From NCBI GenBank assembly GCA_004022145.1, contig RCNU01000012.1: a DNA stretch of 64,000 nucleotides. The stretch is one strand, 5' to 3'. The translations under genes and the position numbers were made by a program. Positions within the stretch are counted from its first letter, which is position 1. Each line of letters begins with the position of its first letter. The notes beneath the pieces were generated by a model. The model was given only the letters and a program-made list of their open reading frames with translations. It did not search any database and had not been told where the DNA came from. The DNA comes from Paecilomyces variotii. Its lineage: Eukaryota. Positions 63,703 to 64,000 of this stretch are shown here, in pieces.

Positions 63703-64000
63703 TCATTCAGTGCCCTTCTCCATCCTCGGGTGGGCACCGCTGAGATTATCCAAGAACTTGTCCTTCCGAGAACAGTAGATCTCAGCTCCAACCTCGGTGA
63801 ATAAGTCACGATCATATAGTGTCCCCGATTTGATGACGATGAGGTCAGGGCTCTGGTTGGGCTCCGACGTTATAGGTGAACCGCAGTCACCACAGAACTG
63901 TCGACGCAACTTGGGCCCCGCGTCGGTGTCATCCATGAAGAGCTTGGGTTCCCCTGAGGTGAAAGTGAAAGCACTCTGGGGGACAATAATGTTTGAGGAG
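63703..64000 (-). CDS. GFA/Mss4-like zinc-binding protein, 3' part only (start lies beyond the window)
   Basis: Frame open to the window edge, with RQFCGDCGSP, IKSGT and EIYC motifs. Confidence 0.85.
   Translation of the reverse strand, partial: SSNIIVPQSAFTFTSGEPKLFMDDTDAGPKLRRQFCGDCGSPITSEPNQSPDLIVIKSGTLYDRDLFTEVGAEIYCSRKDKFLDNLSGAHPRMEKGTE

Overview
Intron-containing DNA from a filamentous ascomycete, most consistent with Aspergillus or another Eurotiales fungus (GT..CTAAC..YAG introns, RIP-like AT-rich DNA, nuclear ATP9). The first ~4.5 kb is decayed sequence: an AT-rich RIP-like block, a solo LTR with a 5-bp target duplication, a G1 glutamic-peptidase pseudogene and a frameshifted Ty3/gypsy integrase-chromodomain relic. 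About 24 intact or partial genes follow. These include five mitochondrial-function genes (ATP2, COX5, HSP60, ATP15, ATP9), cofilin, MAK10, a GST next to a Zn2Cys6 factor, a GH5 beta-1,6-glucanase, an amino-acid permease, an APH-like phosphotransferase, an SDR, a divergent MFS/agmatinase pair and a truncated GFA-family gene. The strongest lead is a candidate catabolic regulon at ~33.2-49.8 kb. It encodes an aldehyde dehydrogenase, a Zn2Cys6 factor, a PcaD-like hydrolase, an FAD monooxygenase, an ACS-type MFS transporter and a Zn alcohol dehydrogenase, with a VOC gene at its edge. Four of its promoters share an exact CGG-N10-CCG site with a conserved (C/G)ATG core. No obvious ring-cleavage dioxygenase is present, so the substrate is unresolved. 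All calls come from reading the sequence by eye; no database searches were run.
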